DNA from: an uncultured Bacilli bacterium
GTDB lineage: Bacteria; Bacillota_I; Bacilli_A; RF39; UBA660
DNA length: 64,000 bases
NCBI GenBank assembly: GCA_934155185.1
Contig: CAKPGT010000005.1
Span: 3,715 to 67,714 of the forward strand
Reading direction: 5' to 3'
Under the pieces are notes generated by a model, which saw nothing but the letters and a program-made list of their open reading frames with translations, was not told where the DNA came from and ran no database searches. The position numbers and the translations under genes are program-made. Of the stretch, positions 38,944 to 49,048 are shown piece by piece. Numbering within the stretch: position 1 is the stretch's first letter; every line of letters starts with the position of its first letter.

Positions 38944-39933
38944 CTACCTTTCTATATTTTTCTTGATGAAATTAAGAAGGGATACTACTTTTTCATAATC
39001 CATTCTTTTAGGCCCTACAATCGCTATAGTAGCCTCTTCACCCTTAATGTTATATTTAGTTTTGATAATAGAAACATCATCATCAAAATTGCTTTCATGG
39101 CCTATATATACATTGATGTTATTATCGGCAGCTTCTATTTTCTTAATCATGTTATCATCATCAAACTTATTTAAAACCTCTTTAATTTTATCTACATTAT
39201 CAAATTCTCTATAATCAAGTAATTTAGTTCTACCGGCCATATGCATATGGCTTTTGAAAGAAAATTCATTAAACGCATTATAGAAGGCTTGATACAAGGT
39301 TTCATGACTTTTAACATAATTTCCTATAATTGGTTTTATATCAAATTCTAGTTTTTGACTTACTAAATCAAGAGGAGTACCAACTAAAAGCTTATTAATT
39401 AATTCAACTACCTTTTTGATTTCAACTGGTGATACATTGCCATCTATATTTAGTTTTTTATGTTCTATATGACCTTTATCAGTTATAACTATTGCAATAA
39501 CATTGTTGTCATCTAGCGGAACAACCTCAACTTGTTTAAGATTGTTATAAGAACTATCAGCTCCCAAAATGAGTGAAGTACAGTTAGTTATTTCAGATAT
39601 TATCTCTAAACTTCTAGTTATTACGTCAGATAAAGCAAGCTGCTTATTGTCAAATACTCTTTGAAGCTTTAGCATATCTTCACCAGTCATTTTTCTGGGT
39701 TCCATTAATTTGTCAACATAATACCTGTAACCGCTTTCACTTGGAACCCTTCCAGATGATGTGTGAGTCTTCTCTAAATATCCTAACTCCTCTAACTCAG
39801 CCATTTCATTTCTTATTGTCGCAGAAGAACACTTTAAACTATCACATAGTCCAGAAGAGCCAACTGGATTTGCTGTTTTAATATATTCCTCAACAATAAG
39901 TTTAAGAAGTTTACATTTTCTATCAGATAGCAT
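38944..39933 (-). CDS. hrcA: Heat-inducible transcription repressor HrcA
   Basis: The N-terminal winged HTH (SDRKCKLLKLIVEEYIKTANPVGS) and its position as first gene of the dnaK operon. Confidence 0.92.
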   Translation of the reverse strand: MLSDRKCKLLKLIVEEYIKTANPVGSSGLCDSLKCSSATIRNEMAELEELGYLEKTHTSSGRVPSESGYRYYVDKLMEPRKMTGEDMLKLQRVFDNKQLALSDVITRSLEIISEITNCTSLILGADSSYNNLKQVEVVPLDDNNVIAIVITDKGHIEHKKLNIDGNVSPVEIKKVVELINKLLVGTPLDLVSQKLEFDIKPIIGNYVKSHETLYQAFYNAFNEFSFKSHMHMAGRTKLLDYREFDNVDKIKEVLNKFDDDNMIKKIEAADNNINVYIGHESNFDDDVSIIKTKYNIKGEEATIAIVGPKRMDYEKVVSLLNFIKKNIER

Positions 39934-39981
39934 TTATTCACCTTCTTTTTTTGTAGTCTAACAGTATTATAATATGCATTA

Positions 39982-40008
39982 TTAGCAATGTCAATACATG
40001 AGTGCTAA
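39982..40008 (-). promoter_or_regulatory. CIRCE operator (HrcA binding site), right arm degenerate
   Basis: Minus strand: TTAGCACTC-atgtattga-CATTGCTAA, compared with the consensus TTAGCACTC-N9-GAGTGCTAA. Confidence 0.75.
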
Positions 40009-40048
40009 ATATTTATTAAAATTTATTAAAAAAGCAGGTTTTATCAAC

Positions 40049-40453
40049 CTACTTTACAAAGCCAAGCACTTTATCAATACCAATAAAGTATATTACCAAT
40101 GCCACAACATCAATAACTAATAATATGGATAATATAGTTATTATGGCTTTTTTCTTACCACTACTCATAGAAGAGTACTCATAGTCTTCATCTTCGCTAG
40201 ATGTTTGAGTCTCATTTGTATTATTAAAATTATCACTAGTATTTGAACTATTAGCATTTAAAGTATTATTTGTATCATTTACTGTCTTTTCAGATTTATC
40301 CACTTTATCACTATCTGAAGGCACTGATGAATTTGGGGAAACATCGTTTAAAACATCCTCAATCATCTTATCAGGTTCTATTTCACTTACTGTACCTTCT
40401 TTAATATCTAAATTCATTTCCTCTAATGTTTCTTCCTTTTTATTCGTATCCAT
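40049..40453 (-). CDS. Hypothetical acidic, Asn/Ser-rich protein with a C-terminal TM anchor
   Basis: 134 aa. A low-complexity N-terminal part is followed by ITILSILLVIDVVALVIYFIGI near the C-terminus. Confidence 0.45.
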   Translation of the reverse strand: MDTNKKEETLEEMNLDIKEGTVSEIEPDKMIEDVLNDVSPNSSVPSDSDKVDKSEKTVNDTNNTLNANSSNTSDNFNNTNETQTSSEDEDYEYSSMSSGKKKAIITILSILLVIDVVALVIYFIGIDKVLGFVK

Positions 40454-40516
40454 GTTTTAAACCTCCATATCATAAGCTAATTATACACTACAATCCAAAT
40501 CAAATCAATATAGCAG

Positions 40517-41617
40517 TTAAACATTTCTATACCCATCTAAAATTCTTATTATAATTTCATTTGAAATAAATAATTTGTCTTCGGGTATATATATATTAGT
40601 ATTACTTTCAATAATGAGCTTGTTATCTATTAAAAATTTTATATCAAATGCGTCTTTAAAATCAATCTTATATTTATTATAAAATTCCTTCTTATTTATG
40701 CCACAAGTTTTTCTTAAATTAAGCATAACTTCATCTTTAATCATTTGCTTTTTATCAATTATTTCATAGTCATGTACGTATTTTCCTTTAATATAATCGT
40801 TAATATTTCTAGTGTTATTGTATCTCATATTATTTATAAAGCCTGATGCTCCAAGACCAAATCCATAATAATTATAATTATTCCAATAAACTAAATTATG
40901 CTTTGACTCATAACCATCTTTTGAAAAATTGCTTATTTCATAATGACTATATCCTCTTTTTTTAAGAGTTTGAACTATTTTATAATACATGTCATGTTGT
41001 AAATCTTCACTTTCTTCCTTTACATTTTTTACATATAATTTCGTGTGTTCTTCTAATATTAAACAGTATGTACTTATATGAGGAATTTTAAGAGAAAGAA
41101 TGATATCTAAGTCATCTTTAAGCTCATCTATATCCTCATTATCAAATCCATATAGTAAATCAACATTTATATTATCAAAATACTTTTTAGCTATTTTAAC
41201 TGACTCTATCATTTTTTTCTTATTTATCTTTCTTTCTAAAAAACTTTCATATTTTTTGTTAAAGGTTTGCATTCCAATACTTATTCTGTTAACTTTTTTG
41301 TTTTTAAGAAATTTCAATAAGTCATCTGTAATATCCTCATAATTACATTCAAACGTAAATTCATATATACTGCAAATATTAAATATTTTAATAATACTAA
41401 ATAACTCTTCTAGTTCTTCTAAAGATAGTGCACTAGGTGTTCCACCACCAATATAAATCGTATCAAGTTTTTCTTTCTTGTAATTATTTCTTACTTCTTC
41501 CTTTAATGCTTTAAGATAATTTGATATTAACTTTTTATTATAGTATAGTTTGCAAAAATCACAGTAAGAACAAATGCTATTACAAAATGGAATGTGTATA
41601 TATGCTGACTTAATCAT
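40517..41617 (-). CDS. hemW: Radical SAM heme chaperone HemW (HemN-like)
   Basis: IHIPFCNSICSYCDFC (CxxxCxxC) and the conserved position downstream of lepA. Confidence 0.88.
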   Translation of the reverse strand: MIKSAYIHIPFCNSICSYCDFCKLYYNKKLISNYLKALKEEVRNNYKKEKLDTIYIGGGTPSALSLEELEELFSIIKIFNICSIYEFTFECNYEDITDDLLKFLKNKKVNRISIGMQTFNKKYESFLERKINKKKMIESVKIAKKYFDNINVDLLYGFDNEDIDELKDDLDIILSLKIPHISTYCLILEEHTKLYVKNVKEESEDLQHDMYYKIVQTLKKRGYSHYEISNFSKDGYESKHNLVYWNNYNYYGFGLGASGFINNMRYNNTRNINDYIKGKYVHDYEIIDKKQMIKDEVMLNLRKTCGINKKEFYNKYKIDFKDAFDIKFLIDNKLIIESNTNIYIPEDKLFISNEIIIRILDGYRNV

Positions 41618-42045
41618 TAATGCAATATCCTATTTTTTATATACGTATCATTATTTAGGTCATCAATATACCAAGCTAAAGGTATCACGCCTTCTCTTAA
41701 TATACTTAGCTCATTAACTAATAAGTCATCGCTTAAGTACATTTCATACCCACTAACATCAAACCAATTTTGTATTTTTTCATCTTTATTTATAGTGCCT
41801 TTTAGCTCAAGCTTTAATTCATCATCTATTACAACATTTCTAGTAAAATATATAATATCATCTTTCACTTCATAATTATTTATATGCATTATGCTACCAT
41901 AAGGAATAACTTCACCATATTCTGTACTAACAAATTTATTCTTTTTTGTTAAAAACTCATCTAAATTAACCAAAAAACTTCGTCTTTCAATTGTTACAAT
42001 AGCTTTATCACCAATTTGATATATTTTATCTATTTTTGTTTTCAT
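41617..42045 (-). CDS. Hypothetical 142-aa protein between lepA and hemW
   Basis: Its stop codon overlaps the hemW start by 1 nt. I recognise no family. Confidence 0.5.
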   Translation of the reverse strand: MKTKIDKIYQIGDKAIVTIERRSFLVNLDEFLTKKNKFVSTEYGEVIPYGSIMHINNYEVKDDIIYFTRNVVIDDELKLELKGTINKDEKIQNWFDVSGYEMYLSDDLLVNELSILREGVIPLAWYIDDLNNDTYIKNRILH

Positions 42046-42053
42046 AATATCTC

Positions 42054-43847
42054 CTATTTATCAACGCTTAGTACCGACAAAAATGCTTCTTGTGGAACAT
42101 CTACATTTCCAACTCTTTTCATTCTTTTTTTACCCTCTTTTTGTTTTTCTAAAAGTTTTCTTTTTCTCGATATATCACCGCCATAACATTTAGCTAATAC
42201 ATTTTTCTTCATAGCTTTAATGTCACTTCTTGCAATTACTTTAGTTCCAATAACCGCTTGTATTGGAACCTCAAATAGTTGTCTTGGAATTAATTTTTTC
42301 AAATTTCCTGTAATTATTTTACCCCTTTCATATGCAAAATCTTTATGAGTTATAACAGATAAAGCATCAACTGCTTCTCCATTAATTAATATATCCATTT
42401 TAACTAAGTTGCTAGCTTTATAGCCTATAACCTCATAATCAAAAGAAGCATAGCCTTTAGTAAAAGATTTTAACCTATCAAAAAAATCATAAACTACTTC
42501 TGATAGTGGTATTTCATAGTGAATATTAACCCTTGTTTCATTAATATAATCCATATTTATATATGTACCCCTTTTATCCTGACAAAGCTCCATAACAGGC
42601 CCTATATACTCACTTGGTACAAATATATTAGTTTTAATATAAGGCTCTCTTATCTCTTTTATTTTAGCTTTATCTGGCATTTCCGTAGGATTATTAACTA
42701 ATATTATTTCATTATTAGTAAGTTCCACTTCATACACAACAGATGGAGATGTTGCTATTATTCCAAGACCAAATTCTCTTTCTACTCTTTCTTCTGTAAC
42801 ATCCATATGAAGCATGCCTAAAAATCCGCATCTAAAACCAAAGCCAAGTGCAACTGACGTTTCAGGCTCAAAGGAAAGTGCTGCATCATTTAGTTTTAAT
42901 TTTTCTAAAGCATCGCGTAAAAGCGTATATTTATTAGATTCGGTTGGATAAAGCCCGCAAAAAACCATTGGTTTCATGGGAGAATATCCAGGAAGAATTG
43001 TGCTAGGATCAGATGCCTTTGTTATCGTATCGCCTACTTTTATATCGCTTACGCTTTTTATAGAAGCACATAAATATCCAACTTCTCCGGCACTTAATGA
43101 ATCAACATGAACTTCTTTAGGATTATGTTTACCAAGCTCAGTTACTTCATAATAGGTATTGGCACCTATCATTTTTATTTTATCCCCAACACTTACTTTT
43201 CCGTTTACCACTCTAAGCCATATAATTGCACCTCTATATGATTCATAAAAACTATCAAATACTAACGCTTGGAGTTTATCACATTCACTTCCACTAGGGC
43301 AAGGTATCCTGTCAACTATAGCATCTAAAAGTGTATCTATTCCATAACCTGTTTTAGCACTAGTTAAAATAATTTCTTCTTCTTTAAAACCAAATGTATT
43401 AATTATTTCTTTTTTTGCCTTATCTACATCTGCATTAGGTAAATCTATTTTATTGATAATTGGAATTATTGTAAGATTATTTTCAAGTGCTAAATAAAGA
43501 TTAGCTAAAGTCTGTGCTTCTATACCTTGTGCTGCATCAACAACTAAGATAGCACCCTCACATGCAGCAAGACTTCTTGATACCTCATATGAAAAATCAA
43601 CATGACCTGGAGTATCTATTAAATGGAGCATATATGTTGCATTATCTTTTTTATAATTAAGTTCAACAGCATTAAGCTTAATTGTAATACCTCTTTCACG
43701 TTCTAAATCCATAGAATCAAGCATTTGTTCTTTAGCTTCCCTTTTAGTTACCGCACCAGTCTTTTCCATTATCCTATCAGCTAATGTCGACTTTCCATGA
43801 TCTATATGAGCAATAATACTAAAATTTCTTATATTTTCTCGTTTCAT
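42054..43847 (-). CDS. lepA: Translation elongation factor 4 (LepA)
   Basis: [29 protein letters not shown] and the LepA C-terminal domain. The start is taken at MKRENIRNF. Confidence 0.96.
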   Translation of the reverse strand: MKRENIRNFSIIAHIDHGKSTLADRIMEKTGAVTKREAKEQMLDSMDLERERGITIKLNAVELNYKKDNATYMLHLIDTPGHVDFSYEVSRSLAACEGAILVVDAAQGIEAQTLANLYLALENNLTIIPIINKIDLPNADVDKAKKEIINTFGFKEEEIILTSAKTGYGIDTLLDAIVDRIPCPSGSECDKLQALVFDSFYESYRGAIIWLRVVNGKVSVGDKIKMIGANTYYEVTELGKHNPKEVHVDSLSAGEVGYLCASIKSVSDIKVGDTITKASDPSTILPGYSPMKPMVFCGLYPTESNKYTLLRDALEKLKLNDAALSFEPETSVALGFGFRCGFLGMLHMDVTEERVEREFGLGIIATSPSVVYEVELTNNEIILVNNPTEMPDKAKIKEIREPYIKTNIFVPSEYIGPVMELCQDKRGTYINMDYINETRVNIHYEIPLSEVVYDFFDRLKSFTKGYASFDYEVIGYKASNLVKMDILINGEAVDALSVITHKDFAYERGKIITGNLKKLIPRQLFEVPIQAVIGTKVIARSDIKAMKKNVLAKCYGGDISRKRKLLEKQKEGKKRMKRVGNVDVPQEAFLSVLSVDK

Positions 43848-43896
43848 AAATACAATCACCTTCTAAAATTATATCATAGCAAAAAGAAAAAGTCTT

Positions 43897-44931
43897 TTAT
43901 TTTAAGACTTTTTTATTCTGCGGTTTATTTAAATAATCACGAATTCTATCATCAACATATGAAAAATGATTATAATTAATATATTTATTAAACAAGGTAT
44001 GTAATTCTTCTATATCAATACCTAATTTCTTATGATTTAAAAAGCAGTAATTTAGAAACTTTTCATATGAATCAAATATTTGAAGTAACAATTCATAATC
44101 CTCGTTTTGGTATATGTATAAAGCTATATAATTTTTATTTTTTGTCTTTATTATAGCTTTTCTAACTTCATTTATAAAGTTTATATTGTTATCTTTAGAC
44201 TCTTCGCTAAAAAGGATTCCCATATTAGAAATATCTTTTAGAAGTGATAATAATGAAGAAAAGTTGCTACTGCTTATACCATCATTTATATAGCATGAAA
44301 TTGCCTTAATGTAGATTTTTTCAAGATTAGTTTTTCTTTTACTCATATATACCGAATAAAAACGTACAATTCTTTTAAAAAGGCTAATATCAATTTTTTT
44401 GGCATCATTGCTAAAATATTCATCTAAAAGTTCCTCTACTTTTTCAGTATACATAGTTATTACTTTTTCATTAGCAAAAGTTTTTTTAGCAAATTTTAGT
44501 AAGCATTCAATATTACTAGTATATTTAAGCGATATTTGAACTATTTTATCTAAGTAAAGTTCTCGCATTGCCGAATCACAGATAACATAACTATATATGT
44601 CAAATATAGCATTATAATTATAATTATTTTTATTATCAAACACATCAAGTATCATGTTTTGATGATCTATATCCGCATTTATAAAAGTAGATATATTAAA
44701 ATTATCTGTTTTAATCATATATAAAATAGCTTTCTTAGTTTCTTCATAATTAAAACTATTTATATTACTGCATATATAATTTATTATTTCTTCAAATTTA
44801 TCTGGCTTTTCATTTGCTAACGAAATAAGTTCATTTAACTCATATTTTTCATCTTCAAAATATTTTTTATATTTAGAGAAAACTATACATTTTTTAAAAT
44901 TGTTATTCATAAATCCCCCATAAATTATCAT
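43897..44931 (-). CDS. Hypothetical 337-344-aa protein co-oriented between trpS and lepA
   Basis: The ORF starts 4 nt after the trpS stop. The alternative ATG at 44910 has GGGGGA upstream. The protein looks helical, is Asn/Lys/Ile-rich, and I recognise no family. Confidence 0.5.
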   Translation of the reverse strand: MIIYGGFMNNNFKKCIVFSKYKKYFEDEKYELNELISLANEKPDKFEEIINYICSNINSFNYEETKKAILYMIKTDNFNISTFINADIDHQNMILDVFDNKNNYNYNAIFDIYSYVICDSAMRELYLDKIVQISLKYTSNIECLLKFAKKTFANEKVITMYTEKVEELLDEYFSNDAKKIDISLFKRIVRFYSVYMSKRKTNLEKIYIKAISCYINDGISSSNFSSLLSLLKDISNMGILFSEESKDNNINFINEVRKAIIKTKNKNYIALYIYQNEDYELLLQIFDSYEKFLNYCFLNHKKLGIDIEELHTLFNKYINYNHFSYVDDRIRDYLNKPQNKKVLK

Positions 44932-44935
44932 TTAT

Positions 44936-45916
44936 TTAGTTATAAAATCCTATTTTATTTTTTACTGCATCATATTTTGCTTTTGCGTATACTCTTGTTT
45001 TTTCTGCACCTTTTCTTAAAATCTCATCTATTTTATCACTATTTAAATATTCATTATATTTTAGTTGTATTTTTTCTATTTCGCTAACTACTACATCAGC
45101 TACACTCTTTTTGAATGTTCCATAGTTAGAGTCTTTGAATTTTTTTTCTATTTCATCCATTTTTTTACCAGTTAATGAAGAATATATATTAATTAGATTT
45201 GAAATACCTGGTTTATTTTCTTCATCATACCTTACAATTGACTCAGAATCTGTAGTTGCTCTCATTATTTTCTTTCTTATAACGTCTGGTTCATCTAAAA
45301 GTCTTATTACACCATTTTGGTTTTCACTTGATTTACTCATCTTGTGTAATGGATCAACTAAGTCCATTATTTTTGTGCCGGATGTACTTATTAATGGCTC
45401 AGGAACTGCAAATGTATTTCCATACTTTTTGTTAAATCTTTCTGCAATGTCTCTTGCAATTTCAACATGCTGTTTTTGATCTATTCCAACTGGTACATAA
45501 TCAGTATCATATATTAATATGTCTGATGCCATTAAAACCGGATATGTAAATAATCCTGCTGTAAAGTTTTCTTTTCCCTTACTTTTTTCCTTAAACTGAT
45601 GCATTCTAGATAGTTCACCAAAGTAAGTGTTACATTCTAAAATCCAAGAAAGGTTTGCATGGTACTCATTTTGAGATTGAACAAAAATAGTATTTTTATC
45701 TGGATCAAGTCCGCATGCTAAATAAAGTGCTAATAAACTTTTAGTGTTTTCTTTTAAGTTAAAATTTTCTTTAGGAACAGTAATGGCATGAAGGTCTGCA
45801 ACAAATATAAATGATTCATATTCATCTTGGTATTTTACCATCTGCTTTATAGCTCCTATATAGTTTCCTAGTGTTATTACGCCTGTTGGCTGTAAGCCTG
45901 TTAACATTCTTTTCAT
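44936..45916 (-). CDS. trpS: Tryptophan--tRNA ligase
   Basis: The HIGH-region equivalent (GLQPTGVITLGNYIG), KMSKS, and 326 aa. Confidence 0.95.
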   Translation of the reverse strand: MKRMLTGLQPTGVITLGNYIGAIKQMVKYQDEYESFIFVADLHAITVPKENFNLKENTKSLLALYLACGLDPDKNTIFVQSQNEYHANLSWILECNTYFGELSRMHQFKEKSKGKENFTAGLFTYPVLMASDILIYDTDYVPVGIDQKQHVEIARDIAERFNKKYGNTFAVPEPLISTSGTKIMDLVDPLHKMSKSSENQNGVIRLLDEPDVIRKKIMRATTDSESIVRYDEENKPGISNLINIYSSLTGKKMDEIEKKFKDSNYGTFKKSVADVVVSEIEKIQLKYNEYLNSDKIDEILRKGAEKTRVYAKAKYDAVKNKIGFYN

Positions 45917-46250
45917 ATAATCATATTCCCTTCTATTTATAATTTTTAGTTTATAAGTGTAAATAACTACACCATCGTTTTTTTAATATCATATACTCAT
46001 ACCTTTCTGCACATAAAAACTCTTACCCTAATATAGGATAAGAGTTGTTTTCTTACTTTTAATGCCACCTACGTACTATCATACATATGTTACTTTTAAC
46101 GGATAACAAATCCGGAAATAGCCTACTTTAAATAATTTCGGTATTCATTCACAAGCCCATTCACTAAAACTCATATGCAACTTTTCACCACAATAGTTAC
46201 TCTCTATAATACTTATTTTAACTACTCTTCTTGCTCAACAATTTAAATAT
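45917..46250 (-). promoter_or_regulatory. T-box leader, Trp-specific (UGG specifier)
   Basis: Minus-strand AGAGAG and GGUGAAA stem I motifs. GAA-UGG-G specifier at 46159-46157. T-box-like GUAGGUGGCAUUAAAAG at about 46075-46057. Terminator CUCUUAUCC-UAUAUUA-GGGUAAGAG plus U5 at 46044-46013. Confidence 0.75.
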
Positions 46251-46256
46251 AACTAA

Positions 46257-46285
46257 ATTATATAGAAAAGAAATACATTTGTCAA
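46257..46285 (-). promoter_or_regulatory. Consensus sigma-A promoter of the trpS leader
   Basis: Minus strand: TTGACA (46285-46280), a 17-nt spacer, then TATAAT (46262-46257). Confidence 0.75.
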
Positions 46286-46338
46286 TAAGTCTGAATAAAG
46301 CAATTTACATATTTTAAATAATATCGTATAATTTAATT

Positions 46339-46426
46339 AGTGGAAACACTAAAGCTTAAAGTTAGTTTCGTGTTTTCCAATTATTTGGAAGACACGGCTA
46401 TCCTTTTTGGTTAGCCGTGTTTTGTT
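46339..46426 (+). ncRNA. Small RNA candidate (about 88 nt), putative antitoxin-type antisense RNA
   Basis: Promoter: TTTACA (46304-46309), a 17-nt spacer, then TATAAT (46327-46332). Three stem-loops, including UUCCAA-UUAU-UUGGAA. The terminator is ACACGGCUA-UCCUUUUUGGU-UAGCCGUGU plus UUUGUU (46392-46426). The 3' end overlaps the stop codon of the convergent 24-codon ORF. Confidence 0.5.
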
Positions 46427-46499
46427 ATATTATAAATAATACTATTATTACTAATAGTATGATGATTATTAGTTTAAGAAATCTATTTTCTTTCTTCAT
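46425..46499 (-). CDS. 24-aa hydrophobic peptide (type I toxin-like small ORF)
   Basis: The product is MKKENRFLKLIIIILLVIIVLFII. An extended SD (AAAGGGGTGAT) lies upstream of the ATG. An upstream hairpin CCUUUU-CUAAAUG-AAAAGG overlaps the SD. Confidence 0.4.
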   Translation of the reverse strand: MKKENRFLKLIIIILLVIIVLFII

Positions 46500-46614
46500 A
46501 AGCATCACCCCTTTTCATTTAGAAAAGGAAAACACTAACTAACCCTTACTTTAACACCTCCAATTATATTATTAAATAACTTTTTTAATATCCCGCGAAT
46601 TTTTGCTATCTTTT

Positions 46615-46941
46615 TTAATTATTTACCATTTTATCTACACCACCAAATAATTTATTCATTCCTTTTTTAAAGTATTTAGCAAAAGCATTAGAAGTAAAAA
46701 GACCAAAATCAGATACAATATTACTATAATCTTTTTTTACATTAACAACATAATCTTCAACATTTATTTTTTTACCATTTTTTATATCATTTTCAAATTC
46801 CTTTATTTTTTCTTCAGTAAGTGAAGATTTTTTACTATTTAAATCTTCATAATACCCATTTGCAGAGGAAAAATACAAAACTAAAAAACCTATAAATAAG
46901 AAAAATACAAAAATATGAAATATTTTCTTATAACTGATCAT
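46615..46941 (-). CDS. Hypothetical small membrane protein downstream of spoIIP
   Basis: 108 aa with an N-terminal TM helix. It overlaps the spoIIP stop by 4 nt. Confidence 0.55.
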   Translation of the reverse strand: MISYKKIFHIFVFFLFIGFLVLYFSSANGYYEDLNSKKSSLTEEKIKEFENDIKNGKKINVEDYVVNVKKDYSNIVSDFGLFTSNAFAKYFKKGMNKLFGGVDKMVNN

Positions 46942-47873
46942 AGACTATCACCTATATATTGAATTAAAGAATCATATATTACATTCATAGAATTTTCAAC
47001 TTCCTCTTTAGTATTATCTTTGCCACCAACCTCAATCAAAAATAGATTGCCTGAAATATCCTGATTATATACTCCATTTACCCCTTTACCCTGCTTTTCC
47101 ATAATGCCACGGCTAATATTAGGTACTTTACTTTCTATGATATCGTTTAGTATATTAGCATTATTTAAATTAACACTATATGAGGTGTTTTCTAATCCAA
47201 CTAAGAACAAAATTTTTGCATAACTTTTATCATTGTAAGACATAGTACTTCTCTCTTTACCGACTGAATCTCTATGAAAATCAATAAAATATTTCAAACT
47301 TGGATACTTATTAATAGCTTTTTTAATAAAATCTTTTGTAACATCATATGATTTATAATATTTTAAATTATTTTGTTCTAAAAACACACCTACACTTTGT
47401 TCTTCAAATATTGTGCTAATTCCATTATTGTTTAGTTTATTTGAAAAATTTGCTGATGCTTCGTATATAGAATATCCATTATATTCTTCACTTTGATGTG
47501 TATTATAAATATATATAATAGGTTTACTGGCACTTGTTTTAGAAACATTCTGTTTATTTGCAGAAACTTCATTCTTTTTTTCATCTTCCACTGGTTTATC
47601 TACTTTAACTGCCTTAACTTTTTTAATATTATCATTTAATAGTAATGTTGGTTTATTTATTGCGTGCTCTATTTTAGATGATATTACTTTGTTTATGTTA
47701 AATGGTATATAGTTTATATTTTCATTTAATACACTTTTTTTAAGCTTATTTTTAGCACAGTATTTAAAAGCAAATACATATGAAAAAAAGAAGAAGAATG
47801 AAAAAATTATTTTTACAATTTTTTTTCTTTTTTTTATTTTAACCGTCTTAAATTGTTTCATTATCATCACCAA
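46938..47873 (-). CDS. spoIIP: Stage II sporulation protein P
   Basis: IYIYNTHQSEEY, FIDFHRDS, LFLVG and LIEVGGKDNTKEE match SpoIIP family blocks. Confidence 0.85.
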   Translation of the reverse strand: MVMIMKQFKTVKIKKRKKIVKIIFSFFFFFSYVFAFKYCAKNKLKKSVLNENINYIPFNINKVISSKIEHAINKPTLLLNDNIKKVKAVKVDKPVEDEKKNEVSANKQNVSKTSASKPIIYIYNTHQSEEYNGYSIYEASANFSNKLNNNGISTIFEEQSVGVFLEQNNLKYYKSYDVTKDFIKKAINKYPSLKYFIDFHRDSVGKERSTMSYNDKSYAKILFLVGLENTSYSVNLNNANILNDIIESKVPNISRGIMEKQGKGVNGVYNQDISGNLFLIEVGGKDNTKEEVENSMNVIYDSLIQYIGDSL

Positions 47874-47932
47874 TTTTAAATTACCACATTTAAGTTATTA
47901 TTATTGTCGAACGATAATAAAATATTATATTT

Positions 47933-48943
47933 TTATATATTATGAAGTGTATGATTTATAGCATAGCTTACAATATCGGATAATTTTTCCATAACAAAAT
48001 CTACTTCTTTAGGAGTTACCATAAAATTATAGCCAGTTGGATCTAATACCTCATATGTAAGCTTTAATAATTCATCGCTACTTAAATCGCCTATTAATCC
48101 AAGAAGCTTTCTCTTATCATCTTCTTCTACCTTAACATTCTTTTTTAGATAATTAACGCTTTTAATAATTAATTTAGCACTTTTTGACTGCTCAAGCTTT
48201 TTATTATATGCATAATTTTTAGACATATAGTTAATAGTGTCAAAAACTATTACCGCTGCATCAACTACGGTTGGAACGCCAATTGCAATAACAGGAACAT
48301 CAAGCGTATCTTTAGATATTTCCATCCTTTTATTGCCAACACCACTTCCTGGCATAATTCCAGAATCAGAAAGCTGAATACTTCTGTTTATTCTTTCGAG
48401 TGAAGTAGACGCAAGTGCATCAACTATTATTACTAAATCAGGTTTAGTCTCACGCACCACTCCCTTTATTATAGAAAGTGTTTCAATTCCAGTTGAACCG
48501 GTTACACCTGGATATATAGTTGAAACACATGAAAAATTTTTATCAACATCAACGTCCATATCAAAAAGATGTTTTGTTACTATAATATTATTTGATACCA
48601 TTGGTCCTAATGCATCTGGTGTTGATTTTATATTTCCAAGGCCAATAATAAGAGTCTTCATACTCATATTATAATTTATAGTCTTAAGAATGTTTTTAAG
48701 TTCCCTTGTAAGTGCTTTTGATACGTCCTCTTTTATATCAGTATCAGTTACATCACCAAATTCAATTGTTATATAAGTGCCTTCTTTTTTGCCTAAATCA
48801 TTATCTTTTTCAAGCTTTATATATGTTGTTTTTATACCATTTTCTTCACTAATTTTTTGTTCAATTTTACTTTCATTTTTTTCTATTAAATCAATAGCCA
48901 TATCTGTTCTAAGTTCATATTTTCCTAAATTTATGCTATGCAT
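47933..48943 (-). CDS. gpr: GPR spore germination endopeptidase
   Basis: RTDMAIDL, GLGNIKSTPDALGP, the PGVTGSTGIET region and DSGIMPGSGVGNKR. The start is ATG 48943, with GGTGAT 6 nt upstream. Confidence 0.9.
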   Translation of the reverse strand: MHSINLGKYELRTDMAIDLIEKNESKIEQKISEENGIKTTYIKLEKDNDLGKKEGTYITIEFGDVTDTDIKEDVSKALTRELKNILKTINYNMSMKTLIIGLGNIKSTPDALGPMVSNNIIVTKHLFDMDVDVDKNFSCVSTIYPGVTGSTGIETLSIIKGVVRETKPDLVIIVDALASTSLERINRSIQLSDSGIMPGSGVGNKRMEISKDTLDVPVIAIGVPTVVDAAVIVFDTINYMSKNYAYNKKLEQSKSAKLIIKSVNYLKKNVKVEEDDKRKLLGLIGDLSSDELLKLTYEVLDPTGYNFMVTPKEVDFVMEKLSDIVSYAINHTLHNI

Positions 48944-49048
48944 TATAAGATCACCCACTTTTATTTTGGCAAAAATAGTAAATATTATTGATTTTTTCTT
49001 ATTTTTTTGATAAACTTATAGAAGTTATTGACCTTAGGAGGTGAAAAA

